Positions 46,967-56,812 of a stretch of DNA of 64,000 bases are shown here, piece by piece; position 1 is the first letter of the stretch; each line of letters starts with the position of its first letter. The notes beneath the pieces were generated by a model, which saw nothing but the letters and a program-made list of their open reading frames with translations, made no database searches and was not told the origin of the DNA. The stretch spans positions 131,037 through 195,036 of the forward strand of contig JAVZJD010000002.1 in NCBI GenBank assembly GCA_038870975.1, written 5' to 3'. A program made the position numbers and the translations under genes. Source of the DNA: Candidatus Bathyarchaeia archaeon (lineage in GTDB: Archaea > Thermoproteota > CALKCG01 > B24).

Positions 46967-48154
46967 CTACGTCGAGAATTTTAAGACAATGGAGGATATG
47001 AGGAAGAATCCACCCACTGCTATGAACATGTGTGTGAATCCCATTGTCTGAGCGATATAAGGGCCTGTGAATGAGCCGAGTACATTACCTACACCTACTA
47101 ATGTATTGAATAAGCCAACTTTACCCTCAGACACAAGCGCCATAGATGTTGAAAGCGTATAGACGTAGAATACTGCATATGCAAATCCCATTACCATGAG
47201 TATTGATGCTATAATCGCTGTATTATACGATGGGGCATTTACCGCCATTACAATCAGGAGTGTAAGAATGCCTCGAAGAGCAGCAATCTCCCACATTCTA
47301 CTCTTCTCAATCGACCATTGTGGCACAGCCATCGTTGTTAAGTATCCTAACACGCCTCCGAGCGAATTCAAAGCGAGTATTGCAAAAACACCCCCTGTAA
47401 GGATGGGTAGGTTCATTAGAAATACTGGAAGCGGCGTGAAAAGCATGCTTGTAGCAAAAATGAATAAAGTCAAACCTACACAGAAACCATAGATATTCTC
47501 TCTTCCAACTCTCCCGTCTATCCCTACACCGGAGAACAATCCAGATAAAACAGTTAAACCTTTACATGCTAAGTCAACGGTTTTCTCAATCCGCACTAGT
47601 TTTCTTTCTATCGACAGAGGCGGGTCACTTACGAAGAATATGGATGAAGCAAACGCGGTTAAATGCAGTAGGCTACAAACCAATAGGATTGTTTCCGCGT
47701 TAAAGTTGTAAATCGAGGTTAGAAATCCTAAAAGTAGGCCTACGAGCCATCCGATTTCGGTGAAACCTTCGTAGAACGCGAAGGCTCGAATCCAATAATC
47801 ATGCTCATATGTTTCAGATATTATAACGTTTTTCGAGGGTTCATGAGCCATGTGGAAAACCGATAATAATGCATAGAGTAACGTCAGTAGCATTATACTC
47901 CTTACAAACATGAAGAGGTATAGAATAACTGCTATGGATGCAAACGACAGGAGAATACTCCACTTATACCGTTTTAATCTATCGCATAAATAACCCCAGA
48001 AGAATGAGGATACAATGGCTGATAGAAGTGCGAACATAGATATTAAACCGACGTCTATTAATGAGCCACCTATAAGGATGATGTAAAGTGGGAAGAAAAC
48101 TGAGAGGAATCCAAAGACAGCCTCGTGTAGGAAGAAGCCGAGATACTCTAACAT
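46967..48154 (-). CDS. MFS-family transporter
   Basis: 395 aa, 12 TM, ...GYLCDRLKRYKW... loop 2-3 motif. Confidence 0.7.
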   Translation of the reverse strand: MLEYLGFFLHEAVFGFLSVFFPLYIILIGGSLIDVGLISMFALLSAIVSSFFWGYLCDRLKRYKWSILLSFASIAVILYLFMFVRSIMLLTLLYALLSVFHMAHEPSKNVIISETYEHDYWIRAFAFYEGFTEIGWLVGLLLGFLTSIYNFNAETILLVCSLLHLTAFASSIFFVSDPPLSIERKLVRIEKTVDLACKGLTVLSGLFSGVGIDGRVGRENIYGFCVGLTLFIFATSMLFTPLPVFLMNLPILTGGVFAILALNSLGGVLGYLTTMAVPQWSIEKSRMWEIAALRGILTLLIVMAVNAPSYNTAIIASILMVMGFAYAVFYVYTLSTSMALVSEGKVGLFNTLVGVGNVLGSFTGPYIAQTMGFTHMFIAVGGFFLISSIVLKFST

Positions 48155-48280
48155 ACCCCCAGCGCTCAGAGCGCTGCTCTTAAAAAAGATTTTTAACTTT
48201 TCTAAGTTATCGTAGATAAAAACAGAAAAAAGTGGTTTAAGCTTTAAACTATTAAACTCGTATATCTTTTTAAGACCACT

Positions 48281-48655
48281 ATGGCTTTAAAGTTGAGATT
48301 TGTAGTCCATGAGCATAATGCGAAAAGGGCGGGGTTGCACTACGACCTTAGGCTTGAATCGAACGGTGTCCTTAAAGACTGGGCTTTTAGGAAAGCGCCG
48401 CCGGAGAGTGTAGGGGTTAAAAGATTTGGTATTTCTCAAGAAGACCACGACTTATCATGGTTAGACTTTGAGGGGGAGATTAAGGAGGGCTATGGTGCTG
48501 GAGTGATGAAAATATGGGATCGGGGATTTTACGAAGTGATTAAGAAGACGGATAAAGTTATTGTTTTAAAGTTTTATGGAAATAGACTTAAAGGAGAGTA
48601 TATGCTCATACCTTTTAAAAACGGCTGGCTGTTCTTCAAATCAAGCCCCCTATAA
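48281..48655 (+). CDS. Stand-alone LigD-type 3'-phosphoesterase (PE) domain protein
   Basis: ...FVVHEHNAKRAGLHYDLRLE...GVLKDWA... matches PE-domain H-x-H...H-YDLRLE signature. Confidence 0.7.
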   Translation: MALKLRFVVHEHNAKRAGLHYDLRLESNGVLKDWAFRKAPPESVGVKRFGISQEDHDLSWLDFEGEIKEGYGAGVMKIWDRGFYEVIKKTDKVIVLKFYGNRLKGEYMLIPFKNGWLFFKSSPL

Positions 48656-48828
48656 ACTAGATAGTTAGAGTTTTAATCGATTATAGAGACTGAGAAACCT
48701 TAACGAAACATCTAAAGCTTCAGTAATCTTCTTCAACATATCTGTTGTGGGTTTAAAGGCGTTATCCAGTTAAAACATACAATAGTATCATAACGTCTAA
48801 GAGTTTATTACTGTCTTATCTGAAGTGT

Positions 48829-49224
48829 ATGCAATCTTTATTAAAAGGGAGTATGTATTTCAAATTCGTGGGTCACGTAGAGGTTGATGTTAGAATCGGA
48901 GACTTAGATGGTAAGAAGTTTAAGGAAGTGAAGGCATTAGTAGATACGGGAGCCACGTTTACGGTTTTACCGGAAAATGTAGCTAGAGAGCTTAACCTTC
49001 CGCTAATGGGTGAGAAAGTAAGGGTTTCCACGGCAAAAGGCTATGATGAACTCGAATTAACACATGCCCTCATAGAGATCGACGGTAAAAGGAGGATAGT
49101 GCCAGTATTGGTGAGTAGACATATTGAAAGGACTTTGTTGGGAGTCATAACGCTTGAAGCTATGCAACTACGAGTCAACCCGATCACTGAAAAACTGGAG
49201 GAATACACCGCCCTCCTCTATTAA
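48829..49224 (+). CDS. Retropepsin-like aspartic protease
   Basis: ...VKALVDTGATFTVL... (D-T/S-G-A active-site motif) in 131-aa protein. Confidence 0.6.
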   Translation: MQSLLKGSMYFKFVGHVEVDVRIGDLDGKKFKEVKALVDTGATFTVLPENVARELNLPLMGEKVRVSTAKGYDELELTHALIEIDGKRRIVPVLVSRHIERTLLGVITLEAMQLRVNPITEKLEEYTALLY

Positions 49225-49235
49225 ATTCTGGAGAG

Positions 49236-49310
49236 AGGTCCGGGCGGGATTTGAACCCGCGACCCCCAGCTTACCAAGCTGGTGCCCTAACCAGGCTGAG
49301 CCACCGGACC
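49236..49310 (-). tRNA. tRNA-Thr (anticodon GGU)
   Basis: Manual fold: acceptor GGTCCGG/CCGGACC, D-arm GCTC/GGGC, anticodon stem CCAGC/GCTGG loop UUGGUAA, T-arm GCGGG-TTCAAAT-CCCGC. Confidence 0.8.
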
Positions 49311-49427
49311 TCATATTTCTGATTTTTAAACGTCTTATTTAGATTTTCTGGTCTTGTTTAATTCTCCAGATTACGCTTGTCGTCTTAAGTGGATGGTTTT
49401 CTCGAATTAAAAAGTGGAAGGATTGTT

Positions 49428-49757
49428 TTAAGTTACTTTAGAGCCTGGTGGTGCTGGCCCGTCGACGGTAAGCCAGATTGGCTTCCCACCTACGTCGGCT
49501 GCGAGGAGCATGCCTTTTGAAACTACGCCTGCTATTTCTTTAGGCTGGAGGTTGGCTAAAAGTATGAAGAGTTTATCTTTAAAGTAGTCAGGTCCGTATA
49601 TGTCTGCTCCTCCAACAACTACGGTACGTTGCTCTCCGCCGACGTCGACAATAGCCTTAAGGATTTTACTCCTACCTGGAATCCTTTCGGCAGATATTAC
49701 TCTGCATACTCTTATGTCAAGCTTTTTAAATTCTTCAATTGAAACTTCACCCGTCAA
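49428..49757 (-). CDS. tRNA-binding domain protein (Trbp111/CsaA/EMAP-like OB fold)
   Basis: ...LDIRVCRVISAERIPGRSKILKAIVDVGGEQRTVVVG... typical tRNA_bind OB domain. Confidence 0.7.
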   Translation of the reverse strand: MTGEVSIEEFKKLDIRVCRVISAERIPGRSKILKAIVDVGGEQRTVVVGGADIYGPDYFKDKLFILLANLQPKEIAGVVSKGMLLAADVGGKPIWLTVDGPAPPGSKVT

Positions 49758-49808
49758 GTAAACACCTCAACTGAAGAGTGGCATAAGGTTGTGTTTAAAT
49801 GTTTACCT

Positions 49809-51071
49809 CTAGCTAAGCTTTAAATCGTAAAGTTCTACGGGGTTTTCGTAGAACCACATACGAGCAATCTCTAAAGCTTCAGAACGCTTCATAAGCCCCC
49901 TCGAAATTCTACGCGCTAAAACCTCGGCTATATCCTCCTTAGCCATAACGAGATGTCCGTAAATCTTCTCAACGGGGATTGAATAATCTCCACCGAAACC
50001 TATTATCTTGGTGATTGGCATAAGGTCGATCCATTCGTCTAAGGCTGAGCGTGTCATTTCTTGGCTTATTACGTGGCACCAGCATAAGTTAAGCCAAACG
50101 TTTGGGAAGGTCTTACCTATAACTCCCAACTCTCTAACCCAGGGAATACCCGCGTGGTATAGGTCGAATTTCGCATCTCTATGTCTTCTAAGCATGGGAA
50201 TCATGTGCATGGGGTTTGTTGTTGAGAAGTCTTCCCAGTTGCCAGCTAGTATGCCTGTGTGGACTGAAATCACCATATCAAGCTCTGAGGCTATTTTCAC
50301 GGCTTCATCGACTAAGAAGTCGTTGAGAAGCTTAGGGTTGTCCAGTTCATCCTTAAGGAGCATTTTAAAAGCATTATCAGCCTTCTCCTTTGAAACGTCA
50401 AATGTTTCACGGGCTAGGAATTTAAGTCCTACAACGCCTTCACGTTTCCACATCTCCATCTTAGACCTGACATGGGAGAGATAATCTTCAAGGGAGGAAA
50501 CGTCTACGTTGGGTTTTAAGCCTCTAGCCTCTAGGTCGTGGGTATTCGATAAGTCTGTTATAAGCCTCATCGGTAGAATGGGGATTAAAAGGTCTCTATC
50601 TTCTTCTGGTATTCTTCCTATTTGGGTTAGAACAGCCTTTATACGGCACTTCTCCCTTAAAATCTTCCTATAGAGCCCAGGCTTATTGGCCTCCTTTATA
50701 CGCTTGGAGACTTCTAGGTAGTTTTCATCCGTTAAATCCTCTACACCGTAGAACTCTTTAAGCGCTATACGGGCGGCTCTAAAGTAGCTAGTATGTTTAG
50801 AGGCATTGTAGTAGGGTTTGAAAATCCTCCACCGCTCCTCCAAAGGGAGTGAGGGATTTAAAACTCTGTTGAAGTCTCCGAAGTTTGTCAGAAGGTCTTC
50901 AGGTAGACCAGCCGTTACAAGGTCTGTAAGAGTGTAGTGGGAGAATAGTGTGAAAACATCGACATCCCTAGAAGTCCTGTACTTCTCAGGGGGTAGATGC
51001 TCATGAGCATCTACTATTTGAAAGTCTTTAAACTCGTTTAAAAGCCAAAAGTAGACCTCCCGAAGAGACAT
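49809..51071 (-). CDS. Metal-dependent amidohydrolase-superfamily (TIM-barrel) hydrolase
   Basis: ...IVDAHEHL... N-terminal HxH metal motif, later ...SVHTG... and ...DLYHAG... Confidence 0.55.
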   Translation of the reverse strand: MSLREVYFWLLNEFKDFQIVDAHEHLPPEKYRTSRDVDVFTLFSHYTLTDLVTAGLPEDLLTNFGDFNRVLNPSLPLEERWRIFKPYYNASKHTSYFRAARIALKEFYGVEDLTDENYLEVSKRIKEANKPGLYRKILREKCRIKAVLTQIGRIPEEDRDLLIPILPMRLITDLSNTHDLEARGLKPNVDVSSLEDYLSHVRSKMEMWKREGVVGLKFLARETFDVSKEKADNAFKMLLKDELDNPKLLNDFLVDEAVKIASELDMVISVHTGILAGNWEDFSTTNPMHMIPMLRRHRDAKFDLYHAGIPWVRELGVIGKTFPNVWLNLCWCHVISQEMTRSALDEWIDLMPITKIIGFGGDYSIPVEKIYGHLVMAKEDIAEVLARRISRGLMKRSEALEIARMWFYENPVELYDLKLS

Positions 51072-51170
51072 GAAAGTTAAGTAGACGCTTGAAGAATAAA
51101 TGTCTTATCGATCAAACTCCGATAAACCTAAGAAAGGTTTTAAAGAGAGACAAACATGGCTAGAAATAGT

Positions 51171-51278
51171 GGGCCCGTAGCGCAGAGCCTCGTTTACGCA
51201 TGTAAACGGGGTGCGCAACTAGGATAGCGCGGCAGCCTCCTAAGCTGTCGGTCGTGGGTTCGAATCCCACCGGGCCCG
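51171..51278 (+). tRNA. tRNA-Arg (anticodon CCU) containing a ~33-nt non-canonical intron in the D-arm region
   Basis: Acceptor GGGCCCG/CGGGCCC, anticodon stem GCAGC/GCTGT loop CUCCUAA, T-arm GTGGG-TTCGAAT-CCCAC; 108 nt with extra hairpin-containing insert between duplicated GCGCA elements. Confidence 0.7.
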
Positions 51279-51370
51279 TTTTCAGTAAAGATTGTATACC
51301 AATCAAGTCAAGGCTATTTTGATATCAACCACTATACTACATTACACGTTAGACCCATAGTAAATCTTAA

Positions 51371-52093
51371 ATGGCTATTATATCAGAAAACCTACAAATT
51401 GGGATTATGACTCCATTTTATATTGCTTTAACCTTGGTGTTTGCCGTATTCCATCATTTCTGGACATGTAAACTTAGACATCGCTTAGCAGAGTATATCG
51501 TAGGCTATATACCAAGGCTTAGTATAGAGTGGGGTTATCATGTTCAAAACTGGTTTGTCAGGGTTCTCCTACCATTAGCTATAGTTTTAAGTCGAGGAGG
51601 AGACCCTGAAGTTTTAGGGTTTAAACTGCCGTATTTAACAGTAGAAGTATTCAGCATGGTCCTCCTACTAACAGTAGCTCTTTTTCTTATAACCACTATA
51701 ATCGTATGGTTCGCGATTTCTATATCAAAGGATCCAACCGTGATAGAAACTGTAAAAAACTGGCCTAAAAAGCCTAGCTTGAAGAAAAGTTTAGCTGGAA
51801 TACTGCTCTGGACGTTTCCTGAGGAATGCTTCCTAAGGGGGTATTTGATTTCCCAATTTATGGAATTTAATTCAACTATAGCCATTTTAATTTCTACATT
51901 TTTCACATCTATCCTTCATAAATCTCGTGGGAAATTCTGGATAACGCTATCCATATTCACAGGTCTTATCTTCGGCTTGACGTACATTTGGACTTATAGT
52001 CTACTACCTCCACTCATAGTCCACTCAATTTGTAACGAAATATTTCCATTAATTTTAACGTCATGGACTAAGAAGCTCTCTCAGGAAACGTAG
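51371..52093 (+). CDS. CPBP-family (CAAX-protease-like) intramembrane metalloprotease
   Basis: All three motifs: EECFLRGYL (EExxxR), FFTSILH (FxxxH), VHSICN (HxxxN/D). Confidence 0.75.
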   Translation: MAIISENLQIGIMTPFYIALTLVFAVFHHFWTCKLRHRLAEYIVGYIPRLSIEWGYHVQNWFVRVLLPLAIVLSRGGDPEVLGFKLPYLTVEVFSMVLLLTVALFLITTIIVWFAISISKDPTVIETVKNWPKKPSLKKSLAGILLWTFPEECFLRGYLISQFMEFNSTIAILISTFFTSILHKSRGKFWITLSIFTGLIFGLTYIWTYSLLPPLIVHSICNEIFPLILTSWTKKLSQET

Positions 52094-52186
52094 TTTCTTT
52101 TCAAGAGTTTCATACTACGAGGCTTACCCTGAATAAAAATGCCTTTTCCATTAAAAAGAGGGATTTCGGAAAGGTATCAACTTCCC

Positions 52187-53659
52187 CTATAATATAGGTG
52201 TTAGTTTGGCGATTGGGTAGGCTTTCGATGCATCGTATTCTACTGCGTAGAGGCCTATTCTAGGTTTAACGCAGTAGAATAGTAGGCAACCGTGTTCTCT
52301 TGTTAAACGAGCATAAATGTCAGATATCGCGCTTAGCTTGACAGCAAGACTTCTATAACCAGCCTTAACTAATATTACGAGACCCGCTTGGTTAAACCTA
52401 ACTGTTGAAGCAACAAGGTTTAGGATTTCTTCACACTGTTTTTCACCGTAAAGAGTTATCAGACTGTCAGTGCCAACTACTAAAATGGGTGGTTGATTTA
52501 TTTTAAACATAAGTCCATATGCAGCATCCATAACAATATTCATATCCTTCCTCCAATCTTTAGCTTTAACGGAGATGAAATTTAGTGGAATGTTTGAAGC
52601 TTCATATTCCTCCCTTAAAACAACCGTCAGGTACTGCTTCGCTGCATCATCCATGCCGTAAACTTCGCAAGTCCTATAGATGTCTAAAGGAGTAACCCCC
52701 ATAGAGGGTATTATAAACGCTCCCCTGCCTTGAGATATGAAGTTGGCTACCATAGGGGCCACCAGTAGATGATACATCTCTGTAGAAACTTTTTCGTCGA
52801 TTTCCAGTAGCATGATAAAGCCTCTGGGCAATCCCCCTTCTAACAGATCATCGAAGGACTTTGAGCCTGTTGAGTATTTGCTCGGTGGGTCTGGGGTCGG
52901 CTGGAAACACTGCTTTTTTACTATAGGTTTAGATGTAAATGGTGGGAAGGCTTTAAACCCACCTTCAAGTGTAAAGATTAGTTTAGTCTCCTTAAGTTTA
53001 ACTCCCCTCATCTTCGGTATTTCCAATTCTCTCAAACGGTAGCCTTCAAACTCACTAGTCCTAAGTACCAAAACGCCATCTGCTATAAACTCTTCAACTC
53101 CAAAGCCGATCCTCTGTTCTCCATATGGAACTTCTTCTATTAGAATCGTTGTACAGCCCATCCTACGGATAACTCTACTCAGCACTCTGTTTGTAACCAT
53201 TCTAACTTCATCCAAGTCTTTAAAGGACTGTGCAAGTGCTGTGAAAGAATCTATAACGAGGCGTTTAGCTTTAACCATATCCACAGCCTCAATGATCTCA
53301 TTTATGATAACATGAGCAGCAGGCTCCTTGAGGACAAGCATATTTGAAAGCTTCTCTTTGGCGGCTAGGAAGTCTAGGAAGTTGAACTTCCCCTCTCTTT
53401 CAAGCTTTTCAAAGTCGAATCCGTATATTTTCATGGTCTTAAAGAACACTTCCTTACTCTCAGCAGAGCTGAAGTATACGCCGCTTTCGTTATACTCGAC
53501 TGCACCATGATAGAGGAACTTGGCGGATAAAATAGTCTTACCTGTACCTGGATTACCGGCGAGAATAATCAGACTACCTTTAGGAAAACCGCCTAGAGTA
53601 TAATCCAGTCCATCCACACCCGTAGAGATAAACTGTTCACCTAGTCTTTCAGTTTCCAT
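52187..53659 (-). CDS. KaiC-like double-domain RecA-superfamily ATPase
   Basis: Two KaiC/RadA-like modules: ...GGFPKGSLIILAGNPGTGKT... and second domain ...GGLPRGFIMLLEID... Confidence 0.7.
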   Translation of the reverse strand: METERLGEQFISTGVDGLDYTLGGFPKGSLIILAGNPGTGKTILSAKFLYHGAVEYNESGVYFSSAESKEVFFKTMKIYGFDFEKLEREGKFNFLDFLAAKEKLSNMLVLKEPAAHVIINEIIEAVDMVKAKRLVIDSFTALAQSFKDLDEVRMVTNRVLSRVIRRMGCTTILIEEVPYGEQRIGFGVEEFIADGVLVLRTSEFEGYRLRELEIPKMRGVKLKETKLIFTLEGGFKAFPPFTSKPIVKKQCFQPTPDPPSKYSTGSKSFDDLLEGGLPRGFIMLLEIDEKVSTEMYHLLVAPMVANFISQGRGAFIIPSMGVTPLDIYRTCEVYGMDDAAKQYLTVVLREEYEASNIPLNFISVKAKDWRKDMNIVMDAAYGLMFKINQPPILVVGTDSLITLYGEKQCEEILNLVASTVRFNQAGLVILVKAGYRSLAVKLSAISDIYARLTREHGCLLFYCVKPRIGLYAVEYDASKAYPIAKLTPIL

Positions 53660-53929
53660 TGGTTTGAATAATCGCTATGCCTTAAGTATATTATTTTTTA
53701 AACTGGGAAGGTAAACTTTTGAAGCTTAGAACGTTAATTTTGACCAATTTAATGCTTTATGGATGACCTTTACCAACATATCCTTGGACAGCATCCTCAC
53801 ATACTTCGTAGTTCGAATTAAATACTGACGTTTCAAAAATACTTTGAATCTACTCTGATCGAATGGATTCGTTGGATTCTTACCGCCATCTGTTCTTTCG
53901 CAGGTATACCGAGATTATGGTATTTCACT

Positions 53930-55219
53930 TTAACCCAGAGGGTTAACAATTCTTCCGAGGAATAGAATGTTCCCAGTATCTCTCTGCTGTATTATGAATA
54001 TGAATGGATGGTCTGCTCTAAACACGGTTTTAGGCATGATGGCTGTAAGTTCTACACCGACTGCTGTTGCCGCCGCTGCCTCCGTACCCTCTTCATTTAC
54101 TTCTATATAGGCTTGGTGAATAACGAAGCCTACGAACAACTCTCTACCGCCTGAGATTCCTGAAAGATCTGCTTCTCCCGGCGAGAAGATGGTCGGCATT
54201 CCCATGCGGCTTAGAGTATCCTTTAGGAAGTACTTTGTATCGACTTTAAACTTCGGTAGATAGATATCATCCAATTTTGTCTCCTGCATCTGGCTTCTCC
54301 ACTCGTTGAGTTTTTCAACCGTCAGAGAGCTCTCTATAGATTCAAGGCTTCCCTTTGGCAGTAGTATCAGCATAGAGACCTCTTCGCCTTTATATGGGAG
54401 CTCTAATATCTGAAGCTCTTCTAAATCGGCGTAGTTAAACGTTGCATTTTCAGGCTTCATATGCATCATTGGAACCTTTACGACATGCGTAGGAGTGACT
54501 TTAAAGTCTTCTTCACTGGTTTCAGATTTATCAAACTCCCATACCCACATACCCTTAAAGTAGATCGCATTAGTAAGTACAAGTCTTGTCATAGGGTCTA
54601 AGTAGCCTTGGGGGATTAAATCCTTAATCTTTCCGTTTGTCTGCTCTTCTATAAAGCTGTTAATGGTTTGTCTTGACTCCTCCGTCTTACCGACGAAGTC
54701 TAGGTTTGCCGCCTTTCCACCGTAATACCGTTCAACTACGCTTATGTAGCTTTCTAGGACGGGATAGTCTTGCTGAATCCACAGGGCATTTCCAGTTCTC
54801 AACTCATACGCATCTGTTTCCCTATTGATACTGTTGTAAATTGCCGCGAAATTCGACCTTAAAACGTCGATTTCTGGAAAATGGAAAACAGACTTTACCT
54901 CGTCAGCCGTCTGTCCTCTTGCACCTTCGTATGTCATCGCCATGGCTGAGAAAATACTGTAGGGTGAGAAGAAGATATTTCCCTCATCAGTCTTACTCAG
55001 TTCAGAGTATAGTTCGAATGCAAATCGGTTGTTTGCATCCACTACCTGTCGAACTCCCTCTTCTGTAGAGCCTGTTTCATCAGCCTCAGGCGGTTTCTTC
55101 GGCTCGTAGGGGAAGAGAAACAACACTGCTTCTACGGCTACTATTGTAATAGTGATAAGCACCATTACAGCGGCTAAGATTCTCCTATCCATTGTGAATC
55201 TAATACACCGGTCTTTCAT
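53930..55219 (-). CDS. Serpin with N-terminal membrane anchor/signal segment
   Basis: C-terminal serpin signature ...FRADHPFIFIIQ..., hinge ...GTEAAAATAV..., N-terminal hydrophobic helix. Confidence 0.8.
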   Translation of the reverse strand: MKDRCIRFTMDRRILAAVMVLITITIVAVEAVLFLFPYEPKKPPEADETGSTEEGVRQVVDANNRFAFELYSELSKTDEGNIFFSPYSIFSAMAMTYEGARGQTADEVKSVFHFPEIDVLRSNFAAIYNSINRETDAYELRTGNALWIQQDYPVLESYISVVERYYGGKAANLDFVGKTEESRQTINSFIEEQTNGKIKDLIPQGYLDPMTRLVLTNAIYFKGMWVWEFDKSETSEEDFKVTPTHVVKVPMMHMKPENATFNYADLEELQILELPYKGEEVSMLILLPKGSLESIESSLTVEKLNEWRSQMQETKLDDIYLPKFKVDTKYFLKDTLSRMGMPTIFSPGEADLSGISGGRELFVGFVIHQAYIEVNEEGTEAAAATAVGVELTAIMPKTVFRADHPFIFIIQQRDTGNILFLGRIVNPLG

Positions 55220-55512
55220 ATAATTCTAAGTCTTTTAACACGATGAAAGTTCCGCCTAAAGTAGTGTCTAGTTTTTAGAACAGCGTAGTCTAATGGACAG
55301 AAAGGCTCCTTATAGACTACTGTGGAATAAAAGGTGGTTCATACATATTTCTACTCAATCTTTAGGGAAAAAGGGGTTAATATTTTTGACCTGCCTCTTC
55401 CATATTTAGAGTGGAGTATTTGTTAGAGGGTTAGACGTTAGCTGATAAACTTGCCAGTATGGGTTTCCATTTCTCCGCATATGCGATGGATGGAAATTCC
55501 GCGAAAATATGC

Positions 55513-55935
55513 TTAAACTTTCCTAGGTATTCTTATTTCAAGCACATTCCTATAGCATGTTATCGTGGCCCTATTGGGTTCAACTGATACGGGTAGGTCT
55601 ATCCTGATATGGTACTTCTTAAACGTACCGCTTCTATGCGTAATCTTAAGCGTTTGAAAGTCTAAAGTGCGTTGTAAGCGTGCTTCAATCTCCATGGTGT
55701 TTTCATCTAGGAATTTCACATTAACTCCTTCTCTATCTGCACATGGTATGTCTACAGTTACTATAACTTCTCTAGGTTCGATGAATACGTTGGCTAAAGG
55801 CTCTATGGTTTCAGATGAAGGATGCCATAATCTTCTTTCCTCAAATTCTTCTCTTATGTATCTTTCAATAGCTTCTTCCATTCTCTCCATGTAGTCTTCA
55901 ACTATGTCGAATAAGCTTCTTCTACGTCTGTCCAC
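55513..55935 (-). CDS. Hsp20/alpha-crystallin-like small heat shock protein (second, divergent)
   Basis: ...PLANVFIEPREVIVTVDIPCADREGVNVKFLDENTMEIEA...YRNVLEIRIPRK alpha-crystallin domain pattern. Confidence 0.55.
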   Translation of the reverse strand: MDRRRRSLFDIVEDYMERMEEAIERYIREEFEERRLWHPSSETIEPLANVFIEPREVIVTVDIPCADREGVNVKFLDENTMEIEARLQRTLDFQTLKITHRSGTFKKYHIRIDLPVSVEPNRATITCYRNVLEIRIPRKV

Positions 55936-55948
55936 TTACACCATCCCC

Positions 55949-56698
55949 CTAAACGTGGAGAGGTGGGACATCATACTCTTGATTCTTCCTCATTCTCGCG
56001 AGTTCACCCTCCGTCCTCCTCATAAGATCCCTAGCTGCTAATCTTATTTCTTCACCTTTCTCTCTAAGCTCAGTGACGTCTATTTCAAGCCCCATAAGCT
56101 TACCAAGTGCTTCTAACACGGAGGCGGCTGCCTCTGGATCTGGGTAGTTGAAGAAGCTTTGGGCTAAAAGCCCTATGGCTACCAGTCCATGGAGAGGTGC
56201 CCACCTCATAATTAGAGCATATGGTCCGACTAAGTATCCTCTATCTAGTATCTCCATGCCTTTAGACTTAAGTTCTTCAACCGTCTCTCTATTGGATGCT
56301 GTTACGTATACTAGGGGTTTTTCAAGTTTGTATCTCTCCTCTACGGCTATTCCTCCCATAGTCACTATGAGCTTGGCTTTCTTCTTAGAAGCCCACTCCA
56401 CTATGGCTTTGGAAACCTTAAACACGGCTGTAGCTGGTACTGCTGTCTCTGATACTATAGCCACTATTTTTCCAGACTTGAGCATTCTAACGGGGGGCTT
56501 TGGTATACCATTGTAGAGTACGACTATGGGTGGAAGTAGGTCTGATTCTAAAAACCCCACCTCCTCCATATGCATTTTAGATGCTAGGTGGAAGGTAGCT
56601 ATTGAGCCGACTAAGCCGACATCTGGTAGACCAGTGACTATAATGGGTTCTTCACCGATTTCTCTTAATTCTACAATGGATACATCTCTATTGGACAA
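55949..56698 (-). CDS. PAC2-family proteasome assembly chaperone-like protein
   Basis: ...IIVTGLPDVGLVGSIA... N-terminus and ...VGPYALIMRWA... typical of archaeal PAC2/PbaA-like proteins. Confidence 0.55.
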   Translation of the reverse strand: MSNRDVSIVELREIGEEPIIVTGLPDVGLVGSIATFHLASKMHMEEVGFLESDLLPPIVVLYNGIPKPPVRMLKSGKIVAIVSETAVPATAVFKVSKAIVEWASKKKAKLIVTMGGIAVEERYKLEKPLVYVTASNRETVEELKSKGMEILDRGYLVGPYALIMRWAPLHGLVAIGLLAQSFFNYPDPEAAASVLEALGKLMGLEIDVTELREKGEEIRLAARDLMRRTEGELARMRKNQEYDVPPLHV

Positions 56699-56812
56699 AT
56701 TGTCACCACTGATTATAACTCCTCCTCCAATATATTAGCTTATATCTGCTTTGAAAACTGGCAATATTTCGCTTACAGTTAAAAATTATACGGTTGTAAC
56801 CCATCGTGATCG

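Noticed and set aside
49154-49342. 62-aa ORF spanning tRNA-Thr
   Set aside because: Overlaps a well-folding tRNA on the opposite strand. No coding signal.
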